Shown in pieces: positions 27,766 through 36,976 of a stretch of DNA of 64,000 nucleotides (its first letter is position 1; the number at the start of each line of letters is the position of its first letter). The notes under the pieces are model-generated. The model was not told where the DNA came from, did not search any database, and worked only from the letters and a program-made list of their open reading frames with translations. Made by a program: the position numbers and the translations under genes. Origin of the DNA: Treponema sp. (lineage in GTDB: Bacteria; Spirochaetota; Spirochaetia; Treponematales; Treponemataceae); assembly GCA_045224915.1 (NCBI GenBank), contig JBGVAV010000023.1:16431-80430 (forward strand), read 5' to 3'.

Positions 27766-30008
27766 AAGTTCTTATAGCAGTAGTACTTGGCGTAATTACA
27801 ATTAATATTGTAATTCGCCTTGCACTGCTGACTGTTCGCTATGATCCTCTTAAAGAATTAAAATCTCGTCCATATTCGACTGTTTATTATGATTCTCAGG
27901 GTAAACTTTTACAGGTTACTTCATTGGAAAATGGAGGCCGCCGCGAAAAGCTTGCCGGCAACCAGATAACCAAAGACATAAAAAAAATCTTTGTAAAAAC
28001 AGAAGACAAGCGATTTTATATTCACAACGGGGTTGATTACCCTGCCCTTGTAAGTGCTTTTTTCCAGAATGCTGGTGGCAAACAGATTGTGCGTGGTGGT
28101 TCAACAATTACAATGCAGCTTGTAAAAATGGTGAATGAAGATAACACACTTACAGTTCACAGAAAGCTTCATGATATTTTTTACGCAAATGTAATCGAAG
28201 CAAAGCATACAAAAAAGACGATTTTTGAAACATATTTGAACAGTCTTTATTTTGGACATGGTGCTACAGGACTTGCTTCAGCCGCCAGAACTTTTTATGG
28301 ACGTCCGGCTCAAACTCTTTTACCTCAGGAACTTTGTTGCCTTGCTGTAATTCCAAGAAACCCTACTTTTTATGATCCCATAAAAAATAAAGCAAACTGT
28401 GCAGAGCGTGCGTGCGAGCTTTACAACAAGATTTTTCATAAAAAACTGACGCTGCAAGAGTTTGAACAGTTTTTACCAAAAGAAGTTTTTTCGTATCCGT
28501 ATGAGGCACCACATTATATAAGATATTTGCGACAGGTAGAGGGTTTTGATAGAGCACAGGCCTACGACCCTGCCAGCAATTCCGTCACTCTTTCTATAAA
28601 TCTTGAACTGGAACTTTACGCGCAGCAGCTTCTTAATGACGCGCTTTTACAGGCACAGGGCAGCCGCATTTCAAATGCAAGTCTTTTGCTTATAGAAAAT
28701 AAAACAGGACTGCCTCTGGCTTGGGTTGGCAGTGCCGATTTTTTTGATGATGCACACAATGGCCAGATTGATGGTGTTCTTGTAAACAATCAGCCTGGAA
28801 GTTCGATGAAACCTTTTTTATATGCACTTGCACTAGAAACAAAAGATTCTGATGGTAGGCCGCTTTATACACCGTCCTCAATTCTTGCAGATATTCCGCA
28901 GGAGTTTGGAGAAGAAAAGCTTTATATTCCTTCGAACTTTAACAACAGATATAACGGGCCTGTTCGCTTTAGAATTGCTCTTGCTTCTAGTTTGAATGTT
29001 CCTGCAGTAAGTATACTCGCACAGTTAGGCGTTAATAACTACCTTGAAAAACTTTATGCGCTAGGATTTGAATCTTTAAGACGCACAGGAAAAAATGCAG
29101 ATTTAGGACTTGCACTTGGAGCAGGTGAAGTTTCATTAAAAGAACTCGTTCCCGCCTTTGCAGTTTTTGTCCGCGATGGAAAAGATTTTAGCGGAGCACA
29201 GATTTATGAAGAAGACACAGCACGTCTTATCTGTTCAATCCTTTCTGATAAAGCAGCGCGTGCATTAGGCTTTGGTTATTCGCAAACTTTTGAAACTTCA
29301 TATCCAGCCATTTTTAAAACAGGAACTTCAAATCAGTATCAGAATATTATTGCACTTGGCGCAACTAAGGATTACACAATTGGAGTGTGGATGGGAAACT
29401 TCAGCGGTCAAACAGTAATTGGAAAAACAGGAAGCTCCCTGCCTGCATGGACTGCAAGAAAGCTGCTTGATTATGTTTATGGCGAAAAAACTCCTTCGCC
29501 TGAGAAACTTAAAGAGATGGAATTCCCAGAACCTCAGAACTGGACAAAACAAAAAATCTGTTCGCTCAGCGGAATGAAAGCTGGACCAGATTGCCCTGCG
29601 AAAGTATATGAATATTGCCTGAATGATTTTCTTGATGAAATGGAAACCTGCAGCTGGCATAAAGAAAAAGACGGAACCCTACAAACTTTATATCCGCCAG
29701 AATACCAGCAGTGGGCACGAACAACAAAGCCAGACGTCCAAATAAATTACAACACTGCGCCTTTATCTATTCAAACGCCAAAGAATAATGCGCTTTTTTA
29801 TTATTCGCAGTTACATAAAGAAAAACAGGCTGTTTCGGTTGAAGTTTTTGGAGGGGCAGAAAATTCGCTTGATGTTTATTATGACAATGAACAATATCAG
29901 ACAGTAGAACGACCTTTTGTATTTTCTCTACCGGTAGAAAAGGGTGAACACTCTTGCACCGTAATTTGCGGCGAAGAGCAGCAGACAATTCAATTTATTG
30001 TGAAATAA
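27750..30008 (+). CDS. pbpC: Penicillin-binding protein 1C
   Basis: Transglycosylase EDKRF and GGSTITMQLVK; transpeptidase SSMK, SLN, KTGTS; C-terminal BiPBP-like domain; overlaps A2M. Confidence 0.92.
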   Translation: MHHRIKVLIAVVLGVITINIVIRLALLTVRYDPLKELKSRPYSTVYYDSQGKLLQVTSLENGGRREKLAGNQITKDIKKIFVKTEDKRFYIHNGVDYPALVSAFFQNAGGKQIVRGGSTITMQLVKMVNEDNTLTVHRKLHDIFYANVIEAKHTKKTIFETYLNSLYFGHGATGLASAARTFYGRPAQTLLPQELCCLAVIPRNPTFYDPIKNKANCAERACELYNKIFHKKLTLQEFEQFLPKEVFSYPYEAPHYIRYLRQVEGFDRAQAYDPASNSVTLSINLELELYAQQLLNDALLQAQGSRISNASLLLIENKTGLPLAWVGSADFFDDAHNGQIDGVLVNNQPGSSMKPFLYALALETKDSDGRPLYTPSSILADIPQEFGEEKLYIPSNFNNRYNGPVRFRIALASSLNVPAVSILAQLGVNNYLEKLYALGFESLRRTGKNADLGLALGAGEVSLKELVPAFAVFVRDGKDFSGAQIYEEDTARLICSILSDKAARALGFGYSQTFETSYPAIFKTGTSNQYQNIIALGATKDYTIGVWMGNFSGQTVIGKTGSSLPAWTARKLLDYVYGEKTPSPEKLKEMEFPEPQNWTKQKICSLSGMKAGPDCPAKVYEYCLNDFLDEMETCSWHKEKDGTLQTLYPPEYQQWARTTKPDVQINYNTAPLSIQTPKNNALFYYSQLHKEKQAVSVEVFGGAENSLDVYYDNEQYQTVERPFVFSLPVEKGEHSCTVICGEEQQTIQFIVK

Positions 30009-30689
30009 TTACTTCCTGCCCAGCAACGTAAAATCATGCGCGTTCTGACAGAAGATAATTCCGCTTCCCGCTTTTTCAAAACAACTCAAAGACGACACTG
30101 CATTTACAACAGCTTCTTTTTTATCCTTCGGAACAAGAATCATAAGCATTTCTTTTTCTGGAACAATTTCTACACCAAAGAAAGTTGAATCTCCTTCTTT
30201 TGCAGTTCCTCTGGCACCAATTATTGTTCCACCGCCCGCACCTGCTTTTCTTGCGGCAGCCATTGCATCTTCTGCATATCCTTTATTTACGATGATATTT
30301 ATTGCTTCATATTTTTCCATATTCTGATCTCCTGATTTTTCTTCTGAAGTAGTTGGCTTGTCAGCGTCAGCCGTCACCTTTGATTTTTCTGTACTTCCGG
30401 CTTTTGCAAAGTCAGAAACATTTCTTGTAAACAGTACTCCAAAATGAGATTTTTTATCGGCACAAGTTTCTTCAATGCTTTTGCAGACCTGTGGAGCCAA
30501 AGAATCATCAACTATGTTCATGGTAATATCCTTTGAAGTATCACCAAGACCAAGCAGCTGAAGAACACTGTTAGAAGCAGTTCCCCGCCCCATGATAATT
30601 GTGCCACCACCTGCACCCGCCTGTTTTGCGGCATTTGTAATCAGTTCCCCGCTATTGTGAGGGACAATGCACGTAATGAGTTTATACAC
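30009..30689 (-). CDS. Tandem P-II-like domain protein
   Basis: Two similar domains: AAKQAGAGGGTIIMGRGTA and AARKAGAGGGTIIGARGTA. Confidence 0.85.
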   Translation of the reverse strand: MYKLITCIVPHNSGELITNAAKQAGAGGGTIIMGRGTASNSVLQLLGLGDTSKDITMNIVDDSLAPQVCKSIEETCADKKSHFGVLFTRNVSDFAKAGSTEKSKVTADADKPTTSEEKSGDQNMEKYEAINIIVNKGYAEDAMAAARKAGAGGGTIIGARGTAKEGDSTFFGVEIVPEKEMLMILVPKDKKEAVVNAVSSLSCFEKAGSGIIFCQNAHDFTLLGRK

Positions 30690-32205
30690 TTTGACCTCCC
30701 TGCTTTTGATTTTTTGAGGTTTTTATTTTATAAACAATTCCCATTATTTGAATTGCAATAAGAGGCATCATGGCAACAAGCGCAATTACACCAAATGAAT
30801 CATTACTGCCCGATGAACTGTTAGCAGCCCCTAACGCAAATGAGAGCACAAAGGTAGAAGTTAGTGGTCCCGATGCAACACCACCTGAATCAAACGCAAT
30901 GCCCGTAAAAAGCTCAGGACAGAAGAGCATAAGAAGCATTGAAATTATATAACCAGGTACAAGTATGAGCTTAATATTAAAGCCCGCAATTGCCCTCCAC
31001 ATTGCAAGACCAATTGCAATAGAAGTTCCAATAGAAAGAAAAACAAGAAGCATTTTTCGTTTGATTGTACCGCCGCTTACAGTTTCTACCTGTTCACTAA
31101 GACACCAGACTGCAGGCTCTGCGCAAACAATAATTGCTCCAAGAAGAACGCTTGTTAATATGAGCAGGAAGGTCCACACTCCGCCTTTTGTAAAAGCAAG
31201 AGCACCAAACGATTCGCCAAGGACTTTTCCTGTCTGCATAAATCCGCCATATACACCCGCAAGAAAAACTGTAAGGCCAATAAAGCTATAGGCAAAACCA
31301 ATGAGCATACGGATTACCTGACGGGCTGTCATTTTCAAAAGAAAAATCTGGAAGATTATAAAAAGCCCGAACAAAGGCGCAATAGAAGTAAGAGATTCGT
31401 GAAGAGCAGATAGGATGATTGCAGAGATTGATGCAAACTGTTGTCCTTCGACAAGCTCAGGCGCCACGGACAATGCATTCGCGGTCCCTGAGCCTGACGA
31501 AGGGCCGCCTGCACCAAAGCCCGCCTTATTCACCACAATCGCATAAATCAAAACTGCAAGAACAGGGCCTACAGAAGAAACCCCTGTCAAACCAAAAGAG
31601 TTATCATCTTTACCGGCACGAACAGAAGAAACACCAAGTCCCAAGGCCATTATAAAAGGAACAGTCATCGGACCTGTTGTAGCACCGCCAGAATCAAAGC
31701 CTATTGCAATAAAAGCATCAGACGCAAAAAATGCTACAACAAAAAGAATTGTATATGAAATAAAAAGAGTCCATTTAAGAGAAAGGTTTGTAACAGTGCG
31801 AAGGAGACCCAGCATTATAAAAATGCCTACTCCGCCCGCAATAACAAATGTGAATGAAGTTTTATTTACAAAAGGAAAAACACTGCGTACCTGGTCTCCA
31901 AAAACCTGAATATCAGGCTCGGCAGCAGTAACAATAAATCCAATTATAAAAGCGGCGGCAAGCAACAGCCACAGACTTTTCTTTTTAGTAAGGGCAGCAC
32001 CACAACGCTCACCCATTGGCTGAATACCAAGATCTACACCAAGCAAAAATACAGTAAGACCAATAATCAGTAATATTCCACTTATAAAAAATCGAAGAAG
32101 CAATAGCGGCTCAAGCGGCACGATAGTCAAGCCTAACAAAAAAACAATTGCCATTACCGGCAGAACAGAGACCGCAGTTTCTTTGAATTTATGAAGAATA
32201 TTCAT
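30682..32205 (-). CDS. DUF1538 membrane protein (two fused DUF1538 halves)
   Basis: Duplicated AEP and FDSGG(A/V)xxGP motifs; adjacent to P-II gene. Confidence 0.85.
   Translation of the reverse strand: MNILHKFKETAVSVLPVMAIVFLLGLTIVPLEPLLLLRFFISGILLIIGLTVFLLGVDLGIQPMGERCGAALTKKKSLWLLLAAAFIIGFIVTAAEPDIQVFGDQVRSVFPFVNKTSFTFVIAGGVGIFIMLGLLRTVTNLSLKWTLFISYTILFVVAFFASDAFIAIGFDSGGATTGPMTVPFIMALGLGVSSVRAGKDDNSFGLTGVSSVGPVLAVLIYAIVVNKAGFGAGGPSSGSGTANALSVAPELVEGQQFASISAIILSALHESLTSIAPLFGLFIIFQIFLLKMTARQVIRMLIGFAYSFIGLTVFLAGVYGGFMQTGKVLGESFGALAFTKGGVWTFLLILTSVLLGAIIVCAEPAVWCLSEQVETVSGGTIKRKMLLVFLSIGTSIAIGLAMWRAIAGFNIKLILVPGYIISMLLMLFCPELFTGIAFDSGGVASGPLTSTFVLSFALGAANSSSGSNDSFGVIALVAMMPLIAIQIMGIVYKIKTSKNQKQGGQSV
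31444..31504. repeat. Palindromic element family B, inverted pair (REPIN-like) in-frame inside DUF1538 gene
   Basis: ccttcgacaagctcaggcgccac (31445-31467) ... gcggtccctgagcctgacgaaggg (31481-31504). Confidence 0.82.
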
Positions 32206-32211
32206 ATTCTA

Positions 32212-32682
32212 CTAAATAAATGCGTTCCAGCCTTTCTTCTCTATTCCTGCTACCCATGCAGCAGCATATTTTTTTGCGCCTTCAAGATCGTGGTCACGAT
32301 AGTTTCCGCATTCCTGTTCTGTTGTAGCAGGAACAGGCTTATCCCATACTGCAACCTTTTTAAGAACGTTCATAAGATGGCCGGCAATTTCTTCTTCGGA
32401 ACGGTCACCCCAGACTGTAAAATAAAAACCTGTTCTACAGCCCATAGGAGACAAATCAATTACGCCTTCCATTTCATCACGGATATATTCAGCCATAAGA
32501 TGTTCAAGTGTGTGAATGGCACCAGTGGTCATAAACTCCTTATTTGGCTGGCAAAAGCGAATATCAAACTTTGTAACGATGTCACCTTTTTCGCCAACCT
32601 TTTTTGCAGCAAGACGAACAAAGGGAGCCGTAACCTTAGTATGGTCCAGATTAAAAGAATCTACGTTATATTTTTTTTCCAT
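32212..32682 (-). CDS. luxS: S-ribosylhomocysteine lyase (AI-2 synthase)
   Basis: VDSFNLDHTKV.AP, HTLEH, DLSPMGCRTGFY, ECGNYRDH. Confidence 0.97.
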   Translation of the reverse strand: MEKKYNVDSFNLDHTKVTAPFVRLAAKKVGEKGDIVTKFDIRFCQPNKEFMTTGAIHTLEHLMAEYIRDEMEGVIDLSPMGCRTGFYFTVWGDRSEEEIAGHLMNVLKKVAVWDKPVPATTEQECGNYRDHDLEGAKKYAAAWVAGIEKKGWNAFI

Positions 32683-32691
32683 ATTAAAACC

Positions 32692-33396
32692 TCACTCACT
32701 GATTTCCATAATTTTCTTTACAAAGCATGCACACGCAGCTGCACAAACATCTTCATTAAAAGCGTATGTCTGCTCAACAGATTCATCGGCCATATCAGAC
32801 ATACAGCGAACAATTACAAACGGAACCTTGTTCATATAACAGGTATGAGCAATTGCACAGCCTTCCATTTCTACACAAGCCGGTTCAAAATTTGCCTGAA
32901 TTGTTTTCTTTACGCCAGAATCAGAAATAAACTGATCTCCGCTTGCAACAATGCCTTTTACAATCTTATGCTGTTTTGCAAACTCAGTTTTTTCAAAAGC
33001 AGTAATTGCGGTATCTACAAGCTGTGCATCGGCAGCAAAGCTTTCCGGCATTCCGGGAACCTGACCAGCTTTATATCCAAAGGCTGTTGTATCAAAATCA
33101 TGATAAACAGCAGCGGTTGAAACTACAAAATCAAAAACGCCAAGGCCTTTAGCAAAAGCACCCGCAATTCCTGTATTGATTATTTTTGTTACATTAAATT
33201 TAAGAACAAGAGCCTGAGCACACAAGGCTGCATTTACTTTACCAATTCCGCTTTTTACAATTACGACATCTTTTCCTTCAAGGATGCCTGTAAAAAAGCG
33301 AAGGCCTGCATATTCAATAATTTCTTTACCAACAAGGTCATCGCAAAGCTTACAAACTTCCGATTCCATTGCTCCAATAATTCCGTATTTTTCCAT
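32692..33396 (-). CDS. mtnN: 5'-methylthioadenosine/S-adenosylhomocysteine nucleosidase
   Basis: GIIGAMESE, SGIGKVNAA, SGDQFI, VEMEGCAIA, RCMSDMAD. Confidence 0.96.
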   Translation of the reverse strand: MEKYGIIGAMESEVCKLCDDLVGKEIIEYAGLRFFTGILEGKDVVIVKSGIGKVNAALCAQALVLKFNVTKIINTGIAGAFAKGLGVFDFVVSTAAVYHDFDTTAFGYKAGQVPGMPESFAADAQLVDTAITAFEKTEFAKQHKIVKGIVASGDQFISDSGVKKTIQANFEPACVEMEGCAIAHTCYMNKVPFVIVRCMSDMADESVEQTYAFNEDVCAAACACFVKKIMEISE

Positions 33397-33398
33397 AA

Positions 33399-33797
33399 CT
33401 ACCTGTTCTTTTTCTTTTCGTAATCTTCTTTGAATTGCTTACGAGTCTTAAACTGATTCAAAACATCCTCACGGAGCTTATCTTCAAGCTTCATTTTGCT
33501 AATAACAAGGCGTCCAAGAAATCTGTATACAAAAAAGCCCGAAACAAGGCCACCAAGAAAAGCAATAATCAAAAGAATATTATATGTAATCTGCTGTGCA
33601 CTTTCAGGAAGCTTGCTTACAATAACTACTGCGAGAATAAAATACAAGAAAACAAAAGCCATTGTTATGACAATTTCGCAGATTGTTCCAAGAAACAAAA
33701 ACAGGTTCGATGCCTTCTGTCTTTTGCGATATTCAATCTGATCATTCTTGCGTTTTTCGCGTTCCTTTTCGTCTAATTCATCCATTTCGCCGTTCAT
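33399..33797 (-). CDS. Hypothetical 2-TM membrane protein
   Basis: Fills the lspA-mtnN gap with tight coupling; two hydrophobic helices. Confidence 0.7.
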   Translation of the reverse strand: MNGEMDELDEKEREKRKNDQIEYRKRQKASNLFLFLGTICEIVITMAFVFLYFILAVVIVSKLPESAQQITYNILLIIAFLGGLVSGFFVYRFLGRLVISKMKLEDKLREDVLNQFKTRKQFKEDYEKKKNR

Positions 33798-34325
33798 TTA
33801 TTTTTCCTCCCCTTTCTTTTCCTTAATGATTGAAACTATAAAAGAAATGACAAGCATGATTCCGCAAACAACAACCGCAGAATCTGCAACATTAAAGGTA
33901 GGCCAGCGTTCAAGCCCAAAAAGTCCATAGAATTTTACATCAATAAAATCTACTACTCCAGCAGGACGGAAAATTCTGTCTATAATATTTCCAAAACCAC
34001 CGCCTACAATTCCGCAAATTGCCCAGCGCTGAAGTTTAGTAAAATCATTATTTCTAAAATACACACCAAGCACAATACCAAGAACAATTATAGGGATAAC
34101 TGAAAAAGCAAGGCGTCTGACAGCATCAGACCAGCGAGCGCCAAAGCTAAAAGCCACTCCAGGATTTCGCACATGAATTATGCGCAGAAAATCGCCCAAA
34201 AACTGAGTCCCAATAGTATTTACATGAATAAATCGGCACACAAGCGCCTTTGTAATCTGATCCAAAACAATCACCACCACAGCAAGAACGAGTGGAAGCA
34301 ATTTACTTTTAATGTTTTTTTCCAT
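33798..34325 (-). CDS. lspA: Signal peptidase II
   Basis: LDQITK, NPGVAFS, GNIIDR, VVDFI, FNVADS. Confidence 0.96.
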   Translation of the reverse strand: MEKNIKSKLLPLVLAVVVIVLDQITKALVCRFIHVNTIGTQFLGDFLRIIHVRNPGVAFSFGARWSDAVRRLAFSVIPIIVLGIVLGVYFRNNDFTKLQRWAICGIVGGGFGNIIDRIFRPAGVVDFIDVKFYGLFGLERWPTFNVADSAVVVCGIMLVISFIVSIIKEKKGEEK

Positions 34326-34374
34326 AAATCAAATTATAACAGAAATTGGAAAAAATGTCATTGTTACTATTGGA

Positions 34375-35142
34375 TCACAGCCCCGTAGGCACATCAATAA
34401 ACACGCACTCAAGGCCGGTTTCTTTCTGGACCTTTTCCATGACAAGCGAAACGCCAACAGTCTCTGTTTCATAGTGGCCGCCGGCAATTACGTTGATTCC
34501 CATTTCCTGGGCAAAGTGATAGTCTTCGTGGGCAAACTCGCCGGTTATGTAGCAGTCAAGACCTTCTTCTACGGCATCAGCAACATCTTCGCTGGCACCA
34601 CCGCTTATTATACCAACTGTTTTAATTTTTGATTTTCCAAAATTAAGGATGGCTCGAGGTTCTTTTCCAGGGCGCATGAGTTTTTTTACAAGATCATCAA
34701 TTGTACATTCAGCAGGGACCTCGCCTTTTACTCCAAGAATCATTCCACGCCAGGAACCAAACTGTTCGCAGTTTACAAGGCCAAGTCGTTCTGCAAGACC
34801 ATAGTTATTTCCATAAGGATTATTTGCATCAAGCGGAATATGATAGGCGCAAAGTGCAAGGTCATTTTTAATAAAAGTCGAAATGCGTTTATAAAAACTG
34901 CCAGTGATTGTCTGACAGTGACCCCAAAACAAACCATGATGAACAAAAAGAACATCAGCGCCAGCGGCTACAGCAGCTTTTGCAGTTGCTTCACATGCGT
35001 CTACTGCAAAAGCAATTTTTCTAATCTGTTTAGAAGAAGGCTGGCTGTTTTGAATCTGAATTCCGTTTAGCGAAATATCCTTGTCAAAATCTTCTTTGCG
35101 AAGAAATGAGTTTATGTAAGTATCAAATTCTGCAAGAGTCAT
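34375..35142 (-). CDS. Nif3-like dinuclear metal centre protein (YbgI/DUF34)
   Basis: NGIQI, FVHHGLFW, YHIPLD, ITGE..H, AGGHYETE. Confidence 0.93.
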   Translation of the reverse strand: MTLAEFDTYINSFLRKEDFDKDISLNGIQIQNSQPSSKQIRKIAFAVDACEATAKAAVAAGADVLFVHHGLFWGHCQTITGSFYKRISTFIKNDLALCAYHIPLDANNPYGNNYGLAERLGLVNCEQFGSWRGMILGVKGEVPAECTIDDLVKKLMRPGKEPRAILNFGKSKIKTVGIISGGASEDVADAVEEGLDCYITGEFAHEDYHFAQEMGINVIAGGHYETETVGVSLVMEKVQKETGLECVFIDVPTGL

Positions 35143-35152
35143 AGCGCCTCCT

Positions 35153-36190
35153 CTACTTCTTTGAATTAAAGATTGCTTTCTTTGTCTGCATGACCATGTA
35201 TTTTGTGTAGAATCCCTCTTTATCGCGGGGAACGTCCATCATCATTGCAAGAATACCATCTGTCTGTGCAATTACGCCAAAGCCTGAGGTTTTATATTCC
35301 GGAATCGTAGCAAGATCATAAATATCAGTTATTCGTTCCTGATTTTTTGACATAAAATCCTGAGCCGCTACAGTTCCCATCTGATCTGTAACAATAAAGA
35401 TTTTTGTATCTTCGCCATATCGTTCAGCAATAAGCTTATTCATTGCGCCCAATTCCTGAAGGATATTGTAAGTGTAAAATTCCTTTTGCATCATAAAGCG
35501 CTGCGGCTTTATAAGGTAATCAATAACCATTGCAGTTCTTCGACAAATCTTAAGATCCCCAAGCGAATGGCGCCATCTGCAATCGCTGCAGAAAAAATCG
35601 GCCGAAAGAACTACAAAACCTTCGCGTGCCAGATGCTGAAGATACGGCTTGTAATAATATGTGTCCCCGCGCTTATCTGGAATAAAAAGAACTACCTGTT
35701 TTGGTGAACGGTTTTCATTTCCTTCTGGCTTGAATTCAGAAAGAAAAAGATTTGCGATTTTAATATTTGAAGCTTCTTCAAACCCAGAACGGAAGCTGCC
35801 TTCATAACGAATTACATTTTCTGTTATACCAAGCTTCTGGCTGTCATATTCAACAGGCTTAAAATAAACTGTTCCCGCAAGAAGCACAAGCGACAAAAGA
35901 ATTGTAAGAACAGACCAGAACTTCATAAGAATACTGTAATGGTCAATGTAGAGCCGCTCTGAATATCTGAAAAGCGCATGGAAGTTTGAAAGAAGAACAA
36001 GAATACTTAAAACAAGAGTAAGGAGTGTTACAATATCAACTCCCCAGTTCAAAATCTGGATTATAGAAAGAAGAAACGCAAACGGGCTGAGCATAACAAG
36101 AGAATCTTTTTTAGCGTTTTTAATAAAAAGAATACGCCCGTTAGCAACAAGCAAAAGAATGATAACTAAAAGTTCTCCGTAGAATTTCAT
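35153..36190 (-). CDS. Hypothetical protein: 4 TM helices plus degenerate alpha/beta-hydrolase-like domain
   Basis: N-terminal TMs; VVLFIPD...Y...LAREGFVVLSADF resembles hydrolase beta3-beta4. Confidence 0.6.
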   Translation of the reverse strand: MKFYGELLVIILLLVANGRILFIKNAKKDSLVMLSPFAFLLSIIQILNWGVDIVTLLTLVLSILVLLSNFHALFRYSERLYIDHYSILMKFWSVLTILLSLVLLAGTVYFKPVEYDSQKLGITENVIRYEGSFRSGFEEASNIKIANLFLSEFKPEGNENRSPKQVVLFIPDKRGDTYYYKPYLQHLAREGFVVLSADFFCSDCRWRHSLGDLKICRRTAMVIDYLIKPQRFMMQKEFYTYNILQELGAMNKLIAERYGEDTKIFIVTDQMGTVAAQDFMSKNQERITDIYDLATIPEYKTSGFGVIAQTDGILAMMMDVPRDKEGFYTKYMVMQTKKAIFNSKK

Positions 36191-36210
36191 TCAGACCTCA
36201 ACGATTTTTT

Positions 36211-36954
36211 CTATTCTAACACATTTTTTTTCTTTTTTGAAAGCCCCGCAATTTTTGAAAATGTCTTTTCAAGATACTGCGCTTCACTTTCGGTAATTGC
36301 AGAACGCGATAAAATTGAACGCCAGAAGTTTTCCATATCCTCGCGGCCTGGCATTTTAAAAAATCCTATTTCCTGCATGTCATCTGTAACTCTTTGAACA
36401 GTCTGATCAATTCTCTGGAGCGAAACTGGAGTTACACCTTTATAGCCACCTTCTCGTTCAGAAAGCTTTTTTCTAAAAAGATGATAGCAGATAATCTGCA
36501 CCGCATGACTTAGATTTAATGAACCAAAATTATTGCTTGAAGGAATTGTAATTCCCGCTGTGCACTGTTCAAGCTGATCATCTGTAAGGCCAGTGCGTTC
36601 ATTGCCAAACACAACTGCAATTTTTGCGTCTTCTTCTGTAACACGACTCATCTGATCTGCAAACTCTTCCGGCAATAAAAGCTTTCCGCGTTTTTTACCG
36701 CTACGCCTTGTTGTGCCCGCACAAACTGTACAGTCGGCAGTTGCTTCTTTTATAGAATCATAAAACTTTGCATTATCAAAAATCGCTCCGGCATGAATTG
36801 CAAGAACATGAATGTGCTCAATATCGTAATCGCTTTTATTACCAACAATGCGTAATTCGCTTATATCATTATTTGCCATTGCACGGCATGCGGCACCAAT
36901 GTTCCGGCTTTCATCAGGATGATCAAGGACAATTACGATTTTTTCAAGCTTCAT
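36211..36954 (-). CDS. SPOUT tRNA methyltransferase, TrmJ/LasT family
   Basis: NIGAACRAMAN, VVFGNERTGL, SLNLSHAVQIICY. Confidence 0.92.
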   Translation of the reverse strand: MKLEKIVIVLDHPDESRNIGAACRAMANNDISELRIVGNKSDYDIEHIHVLAIHAGAIFDNAKFYDSIKEATADCTVCAGTTRRSGKKRGKLLLPEEFADQMSRVTEEDAKIAVVFGNERTGLTDDQLEQCTAGITIPSSNNFGSLNLSHAVQIICYHLFRKKLSEREGGYKGVTPVSLQRIDQTVQRVTDDMQEIGFFKMPGREDMENFWRSILSRSAITESEAQYLEKTFSKIAGLSKKKKNVLE

Positions 36955-36976
36955 AGTTTAACTCCGGGTACAAATC

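Noticed and set aside
28530-28562. PBP1C peptide RQVEGFDRAQ resembling translations of family B repeat
   Set aside because: DNA (caggtagagggttttgatagagcacagg) is too diverged and does not form the hairpin; at most a decayed relic
32191-33120. 309-aa plus-strand ORF and the many other antisense or nested ORFs in the track
   Set aside because: Shadows of well-supported genes (here luxS/mtnN) with no motifs or initiation signals
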